From NCBI RefSeq assembly GCF_009914755.1, contig NC_060926.1: a stretch of DNA of 64,000 nt. The stretch is one strand, 5' to 3'. Shown piece by piece: positions 30,772-51,556 of this stretch. Source of the stretch: the human T2T-CHM13v2.0 reference genome, Homo sapiens. Below the pieces are notes generated by a model that had not been told where the DNA came from, made no database searches, and saw only the letters and a program-made list of their open reading frames with translations. The position numbers were made by a program, and so were the translations under genes. Position 1 is the stretch's first letter, and each line of letters begins with the position of its first letter.

Positions 30772-31470
30772 TTTTATTATTTTAATTTTTATTTTTTGAG
30801 ATAGGCTGTCACTCTGTTATCCAGGCTGGAGTGCAGTGGCACAGTCACAGCTGACTGCAGCCTCAACCTCCTGGGCTCAAGCATTCCTCCCACCCCAGCC
30901 TCCCAAGTAGTTGGGACTGTAGGCATGCACAACCAGGCCCAGCTAATTTTTTATTTTTGCAGAGACAGGTCTCACTATGTTGCCCACACTGGTCTTAAAA
31001 CTCCTGGGCTCAAGTGTTCCTCCCACCTTGGCTTCTCAAAGCGCTGGGATTACAGGCATGAGCCACGATGTGTGGCCCGGCTAGACTTTCAGGGTTACAG
31101 TGAGCTATGACCATGCCACAGCACTCCAGCATGGGTGACAGAGCAAGAGCCTATCTCAAAAAAAGAAAGAAAAAAAAAAGGTAAATAAATAAAAAAAAAT
31201 AAAAATAAAGGAGACCTAATCCTAGTGCTTTGGGAGGCTATAGTGGGAGGATCAGTTGAGCCCAGGAGTTCGAGACCAGCCTGGGCAACATAGCGAGACC
31301 CCCATCTCTACATAAAATAAAAAAACTAGTCAGTCATAGTGGCGTATACCTGTGGTCCTAGTTACTCAGGAGGCTGAGGCAGGAGGATTGCTTGAGCCCA
31401 GAAGGTTGAGGCTGCTGCTGCACTCTAGCCTGGGAATAGAGGGATACCCTGTGCTCCCCTCCCCCCAAAT
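30772..31470. mobile_element. Cluster of an antisense AluJ, a sense Alu 3' fragment and a sense AluJ just upstream of the exon at 31668
   Basis: Alu consensus in both orientations, abutting at about 31081. Confidence 0.88.
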
Positions 31471-31667
31471 AAGGGTACAAGTCAGCATTTTCTAAAGCAA
31501 TAAATGATATCTTAAATAATTATTTAGTAATCTGTTTAAAATTTTGTTAAAAAATAAATAAGTATATTGTTAATTAAGTACATCATATATTTTAGTGTTT
31601 ATATTCTTACATAATGTAGCATGTTTGCATTTCTGGTTGATATTTTCTGTTCATTTTGTTTCTTTAG

Positions 31668-31856
31668 TTTCACGCTATGGATACATTGTATAGACACAGC
31701 TATGATTTGAGCAGTGCCATTAGTGTCTTAGTACCACTCGGAGGACCTGTTTTATGCAGAGATGAAATGGAGGAATGGTCAGCCTCTGAAGCTAGCTTAT
31801 TTGAAGAGGCACTGGAAAAATATGGCAAAGACTTCAATGACATACGGCAAGATTTT
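31668..31856 (+). CDS. MTA3: MTA3 coding exon, ELM2 end and SANT start: [63 protein letters not shown]
   Basis: Pyrimidine tract plus tttag acceptor and TTT|gtaagt donor; 189 nt, phase 0 to 0; SANT motif W..E..LF..AL..YGKDF. Confidence 0.98.
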
Positions 31857-32057
31857 GTAAGTAGAAAATTATGAGTAAAATAAAATGTTGAGATGGGAAT
31901 ATTCTGTTTTAGAAATCTGGTAAACCTTACAGTATTCATTTAGCAAGTTTGTGAGTTAATAGTTTTTATCTGCTCAAAGTAAAATGAAGGTTAGTCTTGT
32001 AAAGGGAGAAACTGATAATTGTTTGGAGGAGTAGTTGTAGTAAGACCCACGCTATCA

Positions 32058-32360
32058 GGCCGGGTACGGTGGCTCACGTCTGTAATTCCAGGACTTTGGG
32101 AGGCCGAGGTGGGTGAATCACAAGGTCAGGAGTTCGAGACCAGCCTGGCCAATGTGGTGAAACCCCATCTCTACTGAAAATATAAAAAACTCGCTGGGCG
32201 TGGTGGCACGTGCCTGTAGCCCGAGCTACTGAAGAGGCTGAGAAAGGAGAATCTCTTGAACCCGGAGGTGGAGGTTTCAGTGAGCCGAGATGGCACCACT
32301 GCACTGCAGCCTGGGCAACAGAGCAAGACTTGGTGTCAAAAACAAAACAAAACAAAAAAA
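32058..32360 (+). mobile_element. AluS with TSD
   Basis: Alu consensus; ac(g/a)ctatca flanks. Confidence 0.92.
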
Positions 32361-32663
32361 CCCCTACACTATCAGGAAGTCCTGTGTTTTTGGTGTAAAC
32401 CTTGGCAATATTAATTTATCCTATTTACTTCTCTCTGAGTTCCAAGTTAAAATCTGGTCAGCTTTTCTCACCATTTGCGCTAAACAGTCTGATCTCTGCT
32501 TTTAGACTAGTTGCTCTGCTTTAAGCTTTCTGTATTTTTCTAGTTGTCTTACTAATTGTTGAGCCTGAATTTGATCTGGACCCTTAATGAAATGACCTCT
32601 GCTAAGCACAGTAGGAGAATTTGTTTTATGGGCTTTTGATCTTTGATTCTTCTTAATGATGTA

Positions 32664-33166
32664 GAGGAGTGGTCCCCAACCTTTTTGGCACCAAGGACCA
32701 GTTTTGTGGAAGACAGTTTTTCCATGGACTGGGGGTGGAAGGAGGTTTCAGGATGATTCAGGTGCATTACGTTTATTGTGCACTTCATTTCTATTATGAT
32801 TACATTGTCATATATAATAATTATACGACTCACCATAATGGAGAATCAGTGAGACCTCTGAGCTTGTTTTTCTGCAACTAGACAGTCCCATCTGGGGGTA
32901 ATGGGAGATAGTGATAGATCATTAGGCATTAGATTCTCATAAGAAGTACGCTACCTAGATCCCTCGCATGCACAGTTCACAATAGGGTTCATGCTCCCGT
33001 GAGAATCTAATGCCGCTGCTGATCTGACGGGGCAGACCTCAGGGGACAGTGGGAGTAATGGGGAGTCGCTGTAAATACAGATGAAGCTTCGCTCGCTTGT
33101 CCATTCAACTCCTGCTGTGCAGCCCAGTTCCTAACCAGTCCATGACCTGGGGGTTGGGGACCCCTG
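32664..33166. mobile_element. MER1A (hAT-Charlie MITE), near full length
   Basis: gtggtccccaacctttttggcacca...gggggttggggacccctg TIR-bounded consensus. Confidence 0.88.
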
Positions 33167-35671
33167 AGTATCCTATGTATATTTTTTATTATTAAAAATT
33201 TTTTTTTCCTCAGCTTTACTGAGGTATAATTGACAAGTAGAAAATACATATTTTCAAGGTATACAATATGATGATTTGATATACATATACATTGTGAAAT
33301 GATTACCACAATTAACACATTCATCACCTCACTTACTTACCCCATGCAGTGGGGTAAATACCAGGTCATCTTGTCTAACTATAGTATGTACTTTGTTTTG
33401 TCTTTGTGTTTATGGACTTACTGTCTTTAGTTAAACTTATAGTTCCTTTGAAATGGTGAAATTTCCATTTGAGATTTTCATAAATAGCTTTCTATGAAGT
33501 CATCCTTTATTTTAAATTATGAAAATAGAATCTTTATAGACCATTACGTATTTGATGTGAGCCAATAGCCTGCCTTTTATGTTGCTGCATCTTTACTGAA
33601 TTGTTTGACACAAAGTTATTACTTACCAATATGGGCTGATAAATTAAATCCCAGACATAGTAATTAAAACTGTTAGTGTCACTGATAATTTGTTCTTCTG
33701 GCAAAACTTCACTCATACTTAAATTGTTACATGCCATGATTTAAATTTGTAGGATGCGCAGCTGAAAATTTAAAGTGCATTGGTATTTAGCTTCAGATGG
33801 TCAGAATAACAATAGAGCAGTGTTATTAATATAACAGTTATTAAAATAATAGAGCTACAGCTACATAGAAATTGCAAAGAATGATACCTAACAAATCAAA
33901 TCTACACTGTGAGGCTCAATGAAAATTCAAAAAAGATAAATAAAACCTGCAGATCTGATAAAGGAGTAGGAGTTGAGAAACACTAAAGTGAAAATACTTT
34001 TCCCTGCACCAAATGTAATACCTCATTCTGTGCTCTGGTGGTATTTACTGAGTACCTGTAACATGCCAGGCTTGCAAAAAGGCACTAGGCATGCAACAAA
34101 AATTGAATGTGGTCCTTACTTCAAGGAATTAGTTCACAGTTAAAATCAAGAGATTGAAATACACACCCAAGTAAAATATAATTAATTACTTCTGTCAGTA
34201 CATGAACAAGTGTATAGGAATATTAAAAAGGATTCCTTGTGCCAAAGTGGAAGAGGCTTCATGGAGTTAACTGGCATTTTAGCTGGGTCTCTAATAGGTA
34301 AAGAGAGAAAAGAGCAGATAGCAAGGTAAACACTGAGGTGTGAAACTTACAGCACTCCTAGGCACTTAACACAGGACTAGAAGATAACTCTCTGAACTGT
34401 AGGTTAGTGCAATATACTTGGACATAGAGGCTGGCATCAGTATCAGATAAAATTAACTATGAAAATGAGTATAACAGTAATAATACTGTTAGATGATTTT
34501 TTTGTTGCCTTTGTGGTCTAACAAAATTACAGATTTGTAGCATGGTATATATTAGTTTTTCTTTTGTTTTACCCTAGCTTGTTTCAATAGAGAGCTTATT
34601 GAAACATTAAGTACTAGGGGAGATGAAGAAATAGACATCAGATTGGGCCTCCAAGATTGTGACTTTGAAAGTCACACTTCAGAATGGGCCAGCTAAGGAT
34701 ACTGCCGTCCCTGCTGTGATTAGAAACCTAACTGCTGAAGTAGGAAGCTAACACTCTACCTGTGGCTCCAACGTGCTGTCTCTCCCTTGAACCCCACCGG
34801 CAGGGTGCCTTTAGTACGAAATCCATCTCTCTTGCCAGTGCATCTATGATGCAACCTAAATTATACCCAGAATCTTAGATGCAAGGGAGTCTGGGAAATG
34901 TGGATCTTAACCCTGCAGACTGCCCCTTAGGTCATGGTTGTTGAAGGGCCAGTCTTGAAGGGCCAGTCCATATTAGATTTGTTGTATTTTGGAGACTGGA
35001 ATTGGCTACTTGTGTCAAACCCTTAAAATAAACAGGATAGAATGTCAGAGTGTTAACTGCTCAAAGGGTTTTGTGTTTTTTGTGGTAGTTGTTGTTTTTA
35101 AATTATCATCCCCTCTTTCCCTCCATACTTATAAAAGTAATGTATAAACCTAGTAGAAAATAAAATGCAAATAATGTTATTTCCTATAATGCCATCACAG
35201 GTACATGATGTTGTTGGGGCAATGTATTTCTTATGACATGAAGTTTTAAGAAGTGTCCTTTTAGAAACTGTCAGGTAGTGTATGCAACAAAAAGTCTCCT
35301 GGGCCTCCTCTGCTTAAATACTAGACCTTTACCTGAGCACTGAGCAACTGTGTCATAATGGTGAGTTTTTTAAAGTGGTTTCATCCCACTACCCAAAAGT
35401 GATCATTGATTATTTTCTGCTTCCAGTGTCTTAGTTTTCCCAAGTGAATGCATATATTATTGTGTGTTTGTACATTTAAGAACAAATTGTGTAGAAGGCA
35501 CATATTTGGGTATAGATATTTTTATATTTAGTGGTTAGCGATAGCTTTATTCCGAAGCTTAATTTAACTTATTTCAAAATTTATACACAGTAAAATTCAC
35601 TCCTTTACAGTTTTTTACAGTTAAAGTTCTGTGAGTTTTTATAAATGCATACTCCCATAATCATCACCACA

Positions 35672-36405
<734 letters not shown>

Positions 36406-36409
36406 AACT

Positions 36410-39400
36410 CATCACCACAATCAAGACACAGTACAGTTTCATCACCTCTCCCGTCAAGTCTCCCCTTTTATAGTCAACAATACCCTAGCCCTAATCCTGG
36501 CAACCACTGATTTATGCTCCATCCCTATAGTTTTGCCTTTTTCTGAACACTGTGTAAGTAGAATCGTTTAGTAGTATGTAACTTTTTAATTTTGGTTTCT
36601 TTTACTTAACATAATGCATCTGGTATTCATCAGTGTTGCTGCATATATCAGTCGTTCATTTTCACTGCCTAGTAGTACTATTCCATTGTGTGAATGTACC
36701 ACAATCAGTTTATTCATTCACCTGTTGAAGGGAATTTGAATTGTTTCTGATTTTTGATGATTATGGATAAAGTTGCTATAAACATTTTGCATGCTAGTTT
36801 TAGTGAACTTAAGTTTTTGTTTCTCTTGGGAAATATGAGCCGTGGGGTTGCTGGGTCTTACATGATAACTATATGTTTAACTTTATAAGAAACTACCTTT
36901 GTTAGCTTTATAACATATCAGTGTAGCCAGACTGAACCACATTTTCCAGAATTCCCTTCCCGGTATGTTGCCCTTTAGGGTGGGCCATGAGAAATTCTAG
37001 TGCAGGATTTGGAGAGCAGAAATGAAGCACCAGCCATTTTTGTAGCTCATATGTGTTCTCATTTATCTGCTGGCCCAGTTTGTTGGCATGAGGCAATGCT
37101 GGGACTGCAGTTGCTCTATTTTCCCTAGGATCCCCCTTCTTCATCTCTGACTCCAGGGCAAGGTGTGTGTTTGTGTGTTTAGCACCATGAAGAAAGCCTT
37201 AGTTTCTGCAGAACATGCATACCATCAGGGTCAAAGGCAGTCGCTACTGACAAGGGTTTTTCCCATCCTTGTAGGCTCCAGCTCATGCTGTCGTATTTTG
37301 CTAGTTTGAATGCAAATTGATACAGCCACTTGGGAAAACAGTTCGCTTATCAGTCAGGATTCAGTTAGAAAAACAGGACCACTAAAACAGGTGTGGCATG
37401 ATCATAGCTCACTGCAGCCTCAAACTCCTGGGCCCAGGTGATCCTCCTGGCTTCAGCCTTGCACATAACTGGGACTACAGGCATGTTGTGCCACCATGTC
37501 TGGCTAACTTTCTTTTAATTATTATTTTTTGTATAGATGCAGTCTCACCATGCTACCCAGGCTGGTCTCCAACTCCTGGGCTCAAATGATGCTCTTGCCT
37601 TGACCTCCCAAGTTGCTGGGATTATAGGCGTGAGCCACTGCACCTGACACATTATTGTCATTTTTTAAAAAAGCCATTATAATAGGTTTGTAGTAGCATT
37701 TCATTTCGGTTTTAATTTGCATTTTCCCTGAAGACTAATGATAAGCCTCTTTTCATGTGTTTCATTGCCCATCATATGTCCTTGATGTGAAATGTTTTTC
37801 AAAATCTTCTGCCTATTTTAAAAGTGGGCTTCTTTTGTTTGTTGATTTTGAGAGTTTGTTATGTATTTTGCATTCAAGTGTTTTTTTTTTTTTTTGTAAC
37901 ATTCTCTCCTAATCTGCAGCTTTTATATATCCTCCTTGTACTCTGCAGCCTTGTGAATCTCTTGCAGTAGTTATAGTCGGTTTTTTTGGTAGATTCTTTC
38001 TACATAGACAGTCATGCTGTCTGCACATAAAGGGCAGTTTTTGTTTTTATTTCCCATCTGAATGCCTTTTATTTTTATTTATTTATTTATTTTTGCCTTA
38101 TTGCACTGGCTAGTATTTCCAATACAGTGTTCAAAAGAAGTGATAAGAGCAACATCCTTTTCTTGTTCCTGTTCTTAGGGGAAATTCATTCATTTTTTTA
38201 CTATTACATGTGAGATCAACTGTAATTTGTTTTGTTTTTGTATGTATCTTTTAATGACGAGCAAGTTCCTCTCTATTCTTATTTTTTGAGAGTTTTTAAA
38301 AAAATCATGAATGATGTTGAATTTTGTAAGATGTGTTTTATGCATCAGTTGTGATTATGGAATGTTTATCTCTTTGTCTTTTGATATGGTGAATAACATT
38401 GATTAATTTATGATTGTTGAAAACAACCAGTGTACCTGGCTATCAATTCCACTTGGTCATGAGGTTTGTTTTAATACAGTGCTGAATTTGATTTCCCAGT
38501 ATTTTGTTAAGGATGTTTGCATCTGTGTTTTTGAAATTTATCTTTTTAAATTGATAAACTAAGACTTAATATACATTTATTGTGTGGAACATGTTGTTTT
38601 GAATCTATGTTAATGATTAATACAGATCTTTTGATTTCCTTGTAATATTTTTGGTTTTATTTCAGGCTAATGATGGCTACTTAGAATGAGTTGGGAAGTA
38701 TTCTCTTTTCTGTTTTCTGGAACTGTTTGTGTAGACTTATTCCTTACATGTTTGGTTGAGTTCACTAGTGAAGTCATCTCTTTTTGGAAGGTTTTAAAAC
38801 TGTGAAGTCATTTTGTTTAATAGATACAGGTCTTTTATTGTTACCTCTTTCTTCTTGAGTGAGTTTGGTAGTTTGTCTTCCAAAGGATTTGTCCCTTTTA
38901 TCTTAAGTTGTCTAGTTTACTATTATAAAGATGTTTATAATAGGAGTTTAGAATTTTCTCATGTTATCCTTTTATGGTCTGTAGCATGGATCTGTATTTA
39001 CATCTACTCTCTCGTTCCTGATACTGATAATTTGTGTCTTTTTTTTTTTTTCTTTTTTCTTGATCAGTCTGGCTAGGAGTTTATCAGTGTTGTTGAACTT
39101 TGCAAAAAAAAAAAATCCAGCTTTTGGTTTGATTGACTTTGCTCTATTTTCTGTTTCAGTGATTTCTGCTTGTGTCTTTATTACTTCTTTCCTTTACATT
39201 GCTTTGGACTTAATTGCTTTTTTTTTTTCCTAGTATCTTCTTATTGATTGAAGCTTAGGGCTACAGATGTGGTAACACACCCTGTAGTCCCAGCTACTTG
39301 GGAGCTTGGGAAACTGAAGCGAGAGGATCACTTGAGCCTGGGATTTTGAGGCTGCAGCATGCTATGACCATGCCTGTGAATGAATAGCTACTGCACTCCA

Positions 39401-39870
39401 GCCTGGGCAGCATAGCATTACACTATCTCAGTTAACCAAACAAACAAAAAGATTGAAGCGTGCATCATTAATTTGAAATCTTTCTTCCAATATAAGCACT
39501 TAATGGCAGTACAACGATGAATTCAGCTTTGCTTGAAAAACTCTGCTATTACTTAAAACATATTTCATTTTTTATGTAATTCACTTTTATCCTTTTCTTT
39601 TTCAGTACTGTAAAGCTGTCTCTTTATCTGATGTACCTAGTTTCTCATGAGAAGTTCCTATGATGTGATGTTTCTTTTTCTTTGTTTTCAAAATTTTCTG
39701 TCTACTTTTGGTTTTTAGCATTTTTACTTCCACAGTGTGACTGAGTATGTTCTTCTTTGTAATTATTCTATTTGTAATTCTCTGAGCATCCTAGAGCTGT
39801 TTTTTTGTTTTCCATTAATTTTGAGTAATTCTTAGCCATTTTCTTTTTAAACATTTTTTTCTTTTTTTAA
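36410..39870 (-). mobile_element. Old L1 (L1M-type) 3'/ORF2 remnant, antisense, interrupted by LTR and Alu pieces
   Basis: T-rich L1 antisense motifs (ttccattgtgtgaatgtaccaca, cttattgcactggctag, gaatgagttgggaagt). Confidence 0.8.
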
Positions 39871-39943
39871 TTTTTATTTTTAGATTTTTCAGGTTCATAG
39901 TAGGTGTATATAATTATGGGGTACATGAAATTTTTTAATTTAA

Positions 39944-40568
<625 letters not shown>

Positions 40569-40569
40569 T

Positions 40570-43995
<3,426 letters not shown>

Positions 43996-44106
43996 GGAAG
44001 CTGAAAGAACTCAGGCTAGAGCTGTTTAAATGCCGTTTCTAAAATAGTGCTGCAGCCCCACCTGTAGCTTGAGAACTTTCCCAAGTAAGTCATGAAATGT
44101 TATCAG

Positions 44107-44910
<804 letters not shown>

Positions 44911-45012
44911 GAAAGTGGTGGTTTTTAAGGAAAGTACTTTCTATAGTAGCTTATTTTCATCTCATTTTATTATATGTTAACATAGATGATAGGTTGATTT
45001 TTTTTTTTTCAG

Positions 45013-45087
45013 CTTCCTTGGAAATCATTGACTAGCATCATTGAATATTATTACATGTGGAAAACTACTGACAGATATGTGCAACAG
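45013..45087 (+). CDS. MTA3: MTA3 coding exon, SANT C-terminal part: [25 protein letters not shown]
   Basis: Poly-T plus cag acceptor and CAG|gtaatt donor; 75 nt, phase 0 to 0. Confidence 0.97.
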
Positions 45088-47023
45088 GTAATTTTTTTCA
45101 TATTGCTACCAATATGGTTGCATTTAAGTGAACTTTCTGTTTATATTTTAATATTTTTTGGCGATGTACTACTTTTAAATTTGTTTACCTTACTTTTTCC
45201 AGACTACTTTAAACTACATGATTTCATATCTTTAGGATATTATTTAAGATTTTAATCTTAATATTTCCTTGACTTCGCATGAATTATGATAAATATTTTG
45301 GAGAGATACCACTAGAGAGGCATTATTTTCCTTGCATTTGACTGATCCTTCATCTCTTTGTAGTTCATGGCAATGATCAAAGATGTGATGCTAACACAAA
45401 CCTCTTGAACAAGTTATTTTTATGAAGAATTGAGTATTTAGACCAATGTCATCAGCCATATAATTTGATATGTTTTTAAAGATCTTCTGAAACCTCTTTA
45501 CATGACATTTGTGTGGCTATACCCCCGAAATCCTTGACCTTAAATGTAGTAGTCTTACTAGTATGGTGTTTTTGTACTGTACATAAGCTTTTTCTTAAAT
45601 GTAATTTTTGAGTCCTTCTCAAATATCCTAAATTCAGGTAACTCTCAATTACTTATTTTTTGAATAATATTACCTCTGGGGAAAGGCACATTTTCCTGAA
45701 ATGACATCGGTCAATACTTGTGTTATGTTTGTATAGGCACATATTAGAACTGATAAAAAGGCAAATATATTTAACACAGACATTATTTTTCCTATATATG
45801 TAGGTTATACAGTGGCAAGTATTAGATGCTATAAAAAAATTTTATGAATCACTTTTTAAAGTATCATAGTGAGCTGGGTATGGTGGTGTGCACCTATATT
45901 CCCAGCATTTTGGGAGGCCGAGGCAGGAGGATTGCTCAGCCCAGGAGTTCATGTCCAGCCTGGGCAACATAACAAGACCCTGTCTCTAAAAATAAATAAA
46001 AATTGAAAACAAAAAGTACCATGGTGAATTGCTGAGGTCACAAATAGTGAATAGATACTCATGGCTTGTTGAAAAATTTCCAGTGTCAATATTAATATAA
46101 TTCAAAAAGTGCTTATTATAAACAACTTAGGTATAGATCAAGACCATGTAGTCTGGGAACCTATTTTATTAAAAAAGAGTCTCTAAAGATGGAGATGATG
46201 GTATCAAGGATGGTTGAAAAGTAGATAATATTCTTTCCAAAAACTTCAACCCTGTTCTAAAAGTTTCAAGTTGTCCCCCTAAGTATTTCTGTTTTCTCCT
46301 CATTGGGAAAATAGAAGATAGCCTTATATTCTGGTTTGTCTTATTTTTGGACATCAACCATATGTTATTTTACTTCTCTATTTGCCTGCATTATCATGTT
46401 GGTCAGTGTCTGGATTTGATTATATAATCTCCTTCCCATTCCTTTCCCTACATATGGCTCCTAATTGGTTCCAGTAGAATATTATGTGAATTCAGCTGAG
46501 GTTTAAAGTTTAATGCATATCTCCCAACATTTGAGAATAAATGCTTATTTAGTTCTACTTAGAATAGCCACAGTCACTCCTCTTGCCTGGATTTTGGAAA
46601 TAAATAATCTCTGAATATTTTTCTAAAAGCAGAGAGAGAGAGAGAGAGTGAGAGTGTGTGTGTTTTCTTCTAGAGAGGCAAATAAGTAATAAAGTAGAAA
46701 CTAAATTTGGAAAGTAAAAATGGTTACTTTTTAAAGGTCCTGTTTATTCAGTCATAGAGGAATGGAAAATGGAGTTGCTCATTGCTTTATTTTTTTAAAC
46801 CTATGCCTAAAATTGTATTAATACTTAAAGTTGTGTACCACAGAATCTAGTGACTTTTCTTAGACATTATTGCAGTTTAAGAATATGCATATGAAAGAAA
46901 AGCTTAAGATGGTAATTTTTGAATTACACTTTAATACGTATTTTCTTGTGAATTTTTAAGACAATGAACAGTAGTAATAATTAGGCATTGCATGTAAAAT
47001 GTTTTATTCATCTTTTGAATTAG

Positions 47024-47082
47024 AAACGTCTAAAAGCAGCAGAAGCTGAGAGTAAACTGAAACAAGTATATATCCCAACCTA
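47024..47082 (+). CDS. MTA3: MTA3 coding exon: KRLKAAEAESKLKQVYIPT(Y)
   Basis: aattag acceptor and TA|gtaagt donor; 59 nt, phase 0 to 2; conserved MTA motif KRLKAAEAESKLKQVYIP. Confidence 0.96.
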
Positions 47083-48474
47083 GTAAGTAATTGAAATCTT
47101 TTAAAATATTTGTTTTGGTCTTAATTTTATCATTGCAGAATATGTCATTTTGTTCAGTTTCAGCAAAATTTGAACTTTTGTGTATCTTTCTTCTTCTACA
47201 AAGCATGAGACTTACTATTATACCACTACAATAAAAAGGAGCCAGTGAGAGAAACCTCAAATAGACTAACCTAAAGACTAGAGGAAGAAATGTACTATGT
47301 ACTATACTTTTATTAAATCAAAGCTGCAGGGAAAGCGTCAGAAAACCTATGAAATGCTGTATTATTTGAAGCAAATGTGTTTCAGAAAGCTAGCAGCTTT
47401 TCAAACTATAGATTTTGTTTGGGTAATGCATACTGCTCTTTGGAGGTTTGTTGTTTATTTGGTTGAGGATTTTACATTGTTTTCTTGGTTCCAATGGCAA
47501 TTAGAACCATATTTGGTAAATGTGTGATAAATAATGGAGAGGTTTTGATTATTTTGTTTGTCTAGTATTCTATCATTATTATCCTTTGAATTCAGAAATC
47601 ATTGTCATCTCAAAATGAATGCCAATTTTTTTTTTTTTTCCATTTGCTTTGTTTTAAATGAGGCTGAGCATGGTAGTTCACGCCTATAATCCCAGCACTT
47701 TGGGGAACCTCGTTTCTGCAAAAAATTTAAAAGAAATATAAGGTACTATATCCTTTTGTTGAGATTTTCAGAGTTTGCTTATTCATTTGTTCAGGAAGAA
47801 TTGGTTTATTAAGCACCACGTGTATATTGTTCTATCCTAGTTTCTTTTAGGATTAAAATGAAATTTATTGCAGAGTTCTGTGTGCTGCTCTAAGCCTTTT
47901 CTCCCTCTTCAACCTATTTACAGTTGTTTAATAACTAGCCTTTTGTTTCTGGAATTTTGATATTTTGTATAATACATGTTTTTATATACATATAGGAGGC
48001 CTCATAGACAATGAGTTCTGATCTTTCATATTGATCTTTTACCACAAGACAGATAACTCTGGTTTAATTTTAAGAACATGTAATTTTTACAGAGTCTGTA
48101 ATTTTTATTAAGAACTGTAATAGCCCATCTGCAGAGTGGTTTCTAATTCCTTCTAAATTATATGTTTTATATGATGAATTTATAAAAGAGCCACTTCTCA
48201 AATAAAATACTGTTGCAACTCATGTGTCTTAGATTTTCAAAAGCAAGCATACCAGCTTTCTTATACTTCAAAGTGCTGCCACCATGAAATAATACATTTG
48301 GCTAGTTTTGACCAAGTAACCCAGATAATTGTTTCCATTTGGCTTTACGCTGACTTTGGAGTCAATGTAATCTAAGTCAGGGATCAACAAACTATAGTCG
48401 CAAGCCAAATCTGACCTACTGCTTGTTTTGTGAATAAAATTTTGCTTGATTTTTGTTTTTGTTTTGTGAGATGA

Positions 48475-48665
<191 letters not shown>

Positions 48666-48689
48666 TGAACAGTGGAAGTTGATTTTAAA

Positions 48690-49520
48690 CAATGAAGAGT
48701 CATGGTCAGATTAGCACTTTAAGATCACCTGCTATATGTTGGGAAATGGTTTGAGAAAGAGGACTAAGAGTAGATGCAGAGGGACCAGTTATGAAGTTCT
48801 TGGAGAGGAAAGATAACACTAGCTTGACCTAGAGTAGTAGCTCTGGAAATGGCGTGATATTTGGAGGTGACTGACTTTTATGGCGGGCGGGGGTGTCAAG
48901 TGTGAATCCTAGGTTTCTGGCACAGTGAAGTGGGTTGTCATGCTATTTGTTAAGCTCAGAAACTGTGGCAGAGAATCAGGTTAGGTCATTTTGAGTTTAT
49001 CAGAAAAGAGTTGTTCAATATGCTGTCACCAAATACTGGATGTATTGGTCTTAAACTCAGTGTGGGAAGGTCTGGACTAGAGATACATATTTGAGCTTCA
49101 TCAGCATACAATAATTATATTTGAAGCCATAGATAAGATTTCTGAGGGATAGCAATAAGAAAAGGGCCTTGACTTAGCCTTGAATAAATCCAGTATTTAT
49201 AGATCAGATAGAATATGATAGCTAAAATGATAGCTAGGCGAGTATGGTATCACAGAAGCTAAGAGAGGAGTGTGTTTCAGGGAGGGGGAGAGAGATTTAA
49301 CAGTGTTGGATGCTGGTGGGAAATAGCCAAGTAATTTAATAACATGGAGATCATTGGTGATCTTATTGGCATGGTGAGCACTGCTGCATATGAGCCAAGG
49401 AGGTACAAGCAGATGAGAGAGGGAGTGTATAATGTTCTCTAGAGGGCAGGAGGGCTGGAATCTGGAGCACTGATGAGGAGAGTGAGGGAAGGTTTGAGCG
49501 TTAGATAAAAGGAAGGGCAA
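48690..49520. mobile_element. L2 LINE remnant
   Basis: Purine-rich L2 motifs (gtcaagtgtgaatcctaggtttctggc, aacatggagatcattggtgatctt). Confidence 0.7.
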
Positions 49521-50065
49521 TTTCATATAATGTGTCTTTTAAAACATTAAAAATGTTTGCTTACAGTCACAGATTGTCACAATGACATCAATCATTTGTC
49601 CCCTGGGAATTAATCTATAGGTACCTGGTTTTGCAGAACATATTTTATGTGATTCACATGTCTATATGCAGTCTTGGCACACTTGTTTTCCTTTTGTGAT
49701 TATTATCATTAAGACAAGTGATGTATTCAATCAAATAACGTTCTAGATTCAGTTGAGCAATGAACTTTGCTCTCATTCTTTTTTAAGGCAGCTCAACTGT
49801 ACATTTGTATTAGCTCTTTTTCAACACACATATTTAGCCCTGGGTTAAATATCAGAAATTTTCATATTTCTGGTAAACCTCTGGCCAGTCATTTGACCCC
49901 AAGGGGAAATCAGTTCTATCTATATATAGTAGATTTTTAAAAAAAGGAATATTGTATATTATTGAAAATGCTGGTCATTCTAAATCGCCACTTTTCACTT
50001 AGTATAGTGTCAGCTGAAAACCGTAAGAAGAGAAACACCTTCCATCTGATTTAAAATATGTTTTA

Positions 50066-51556
<1,491 letters not shown>

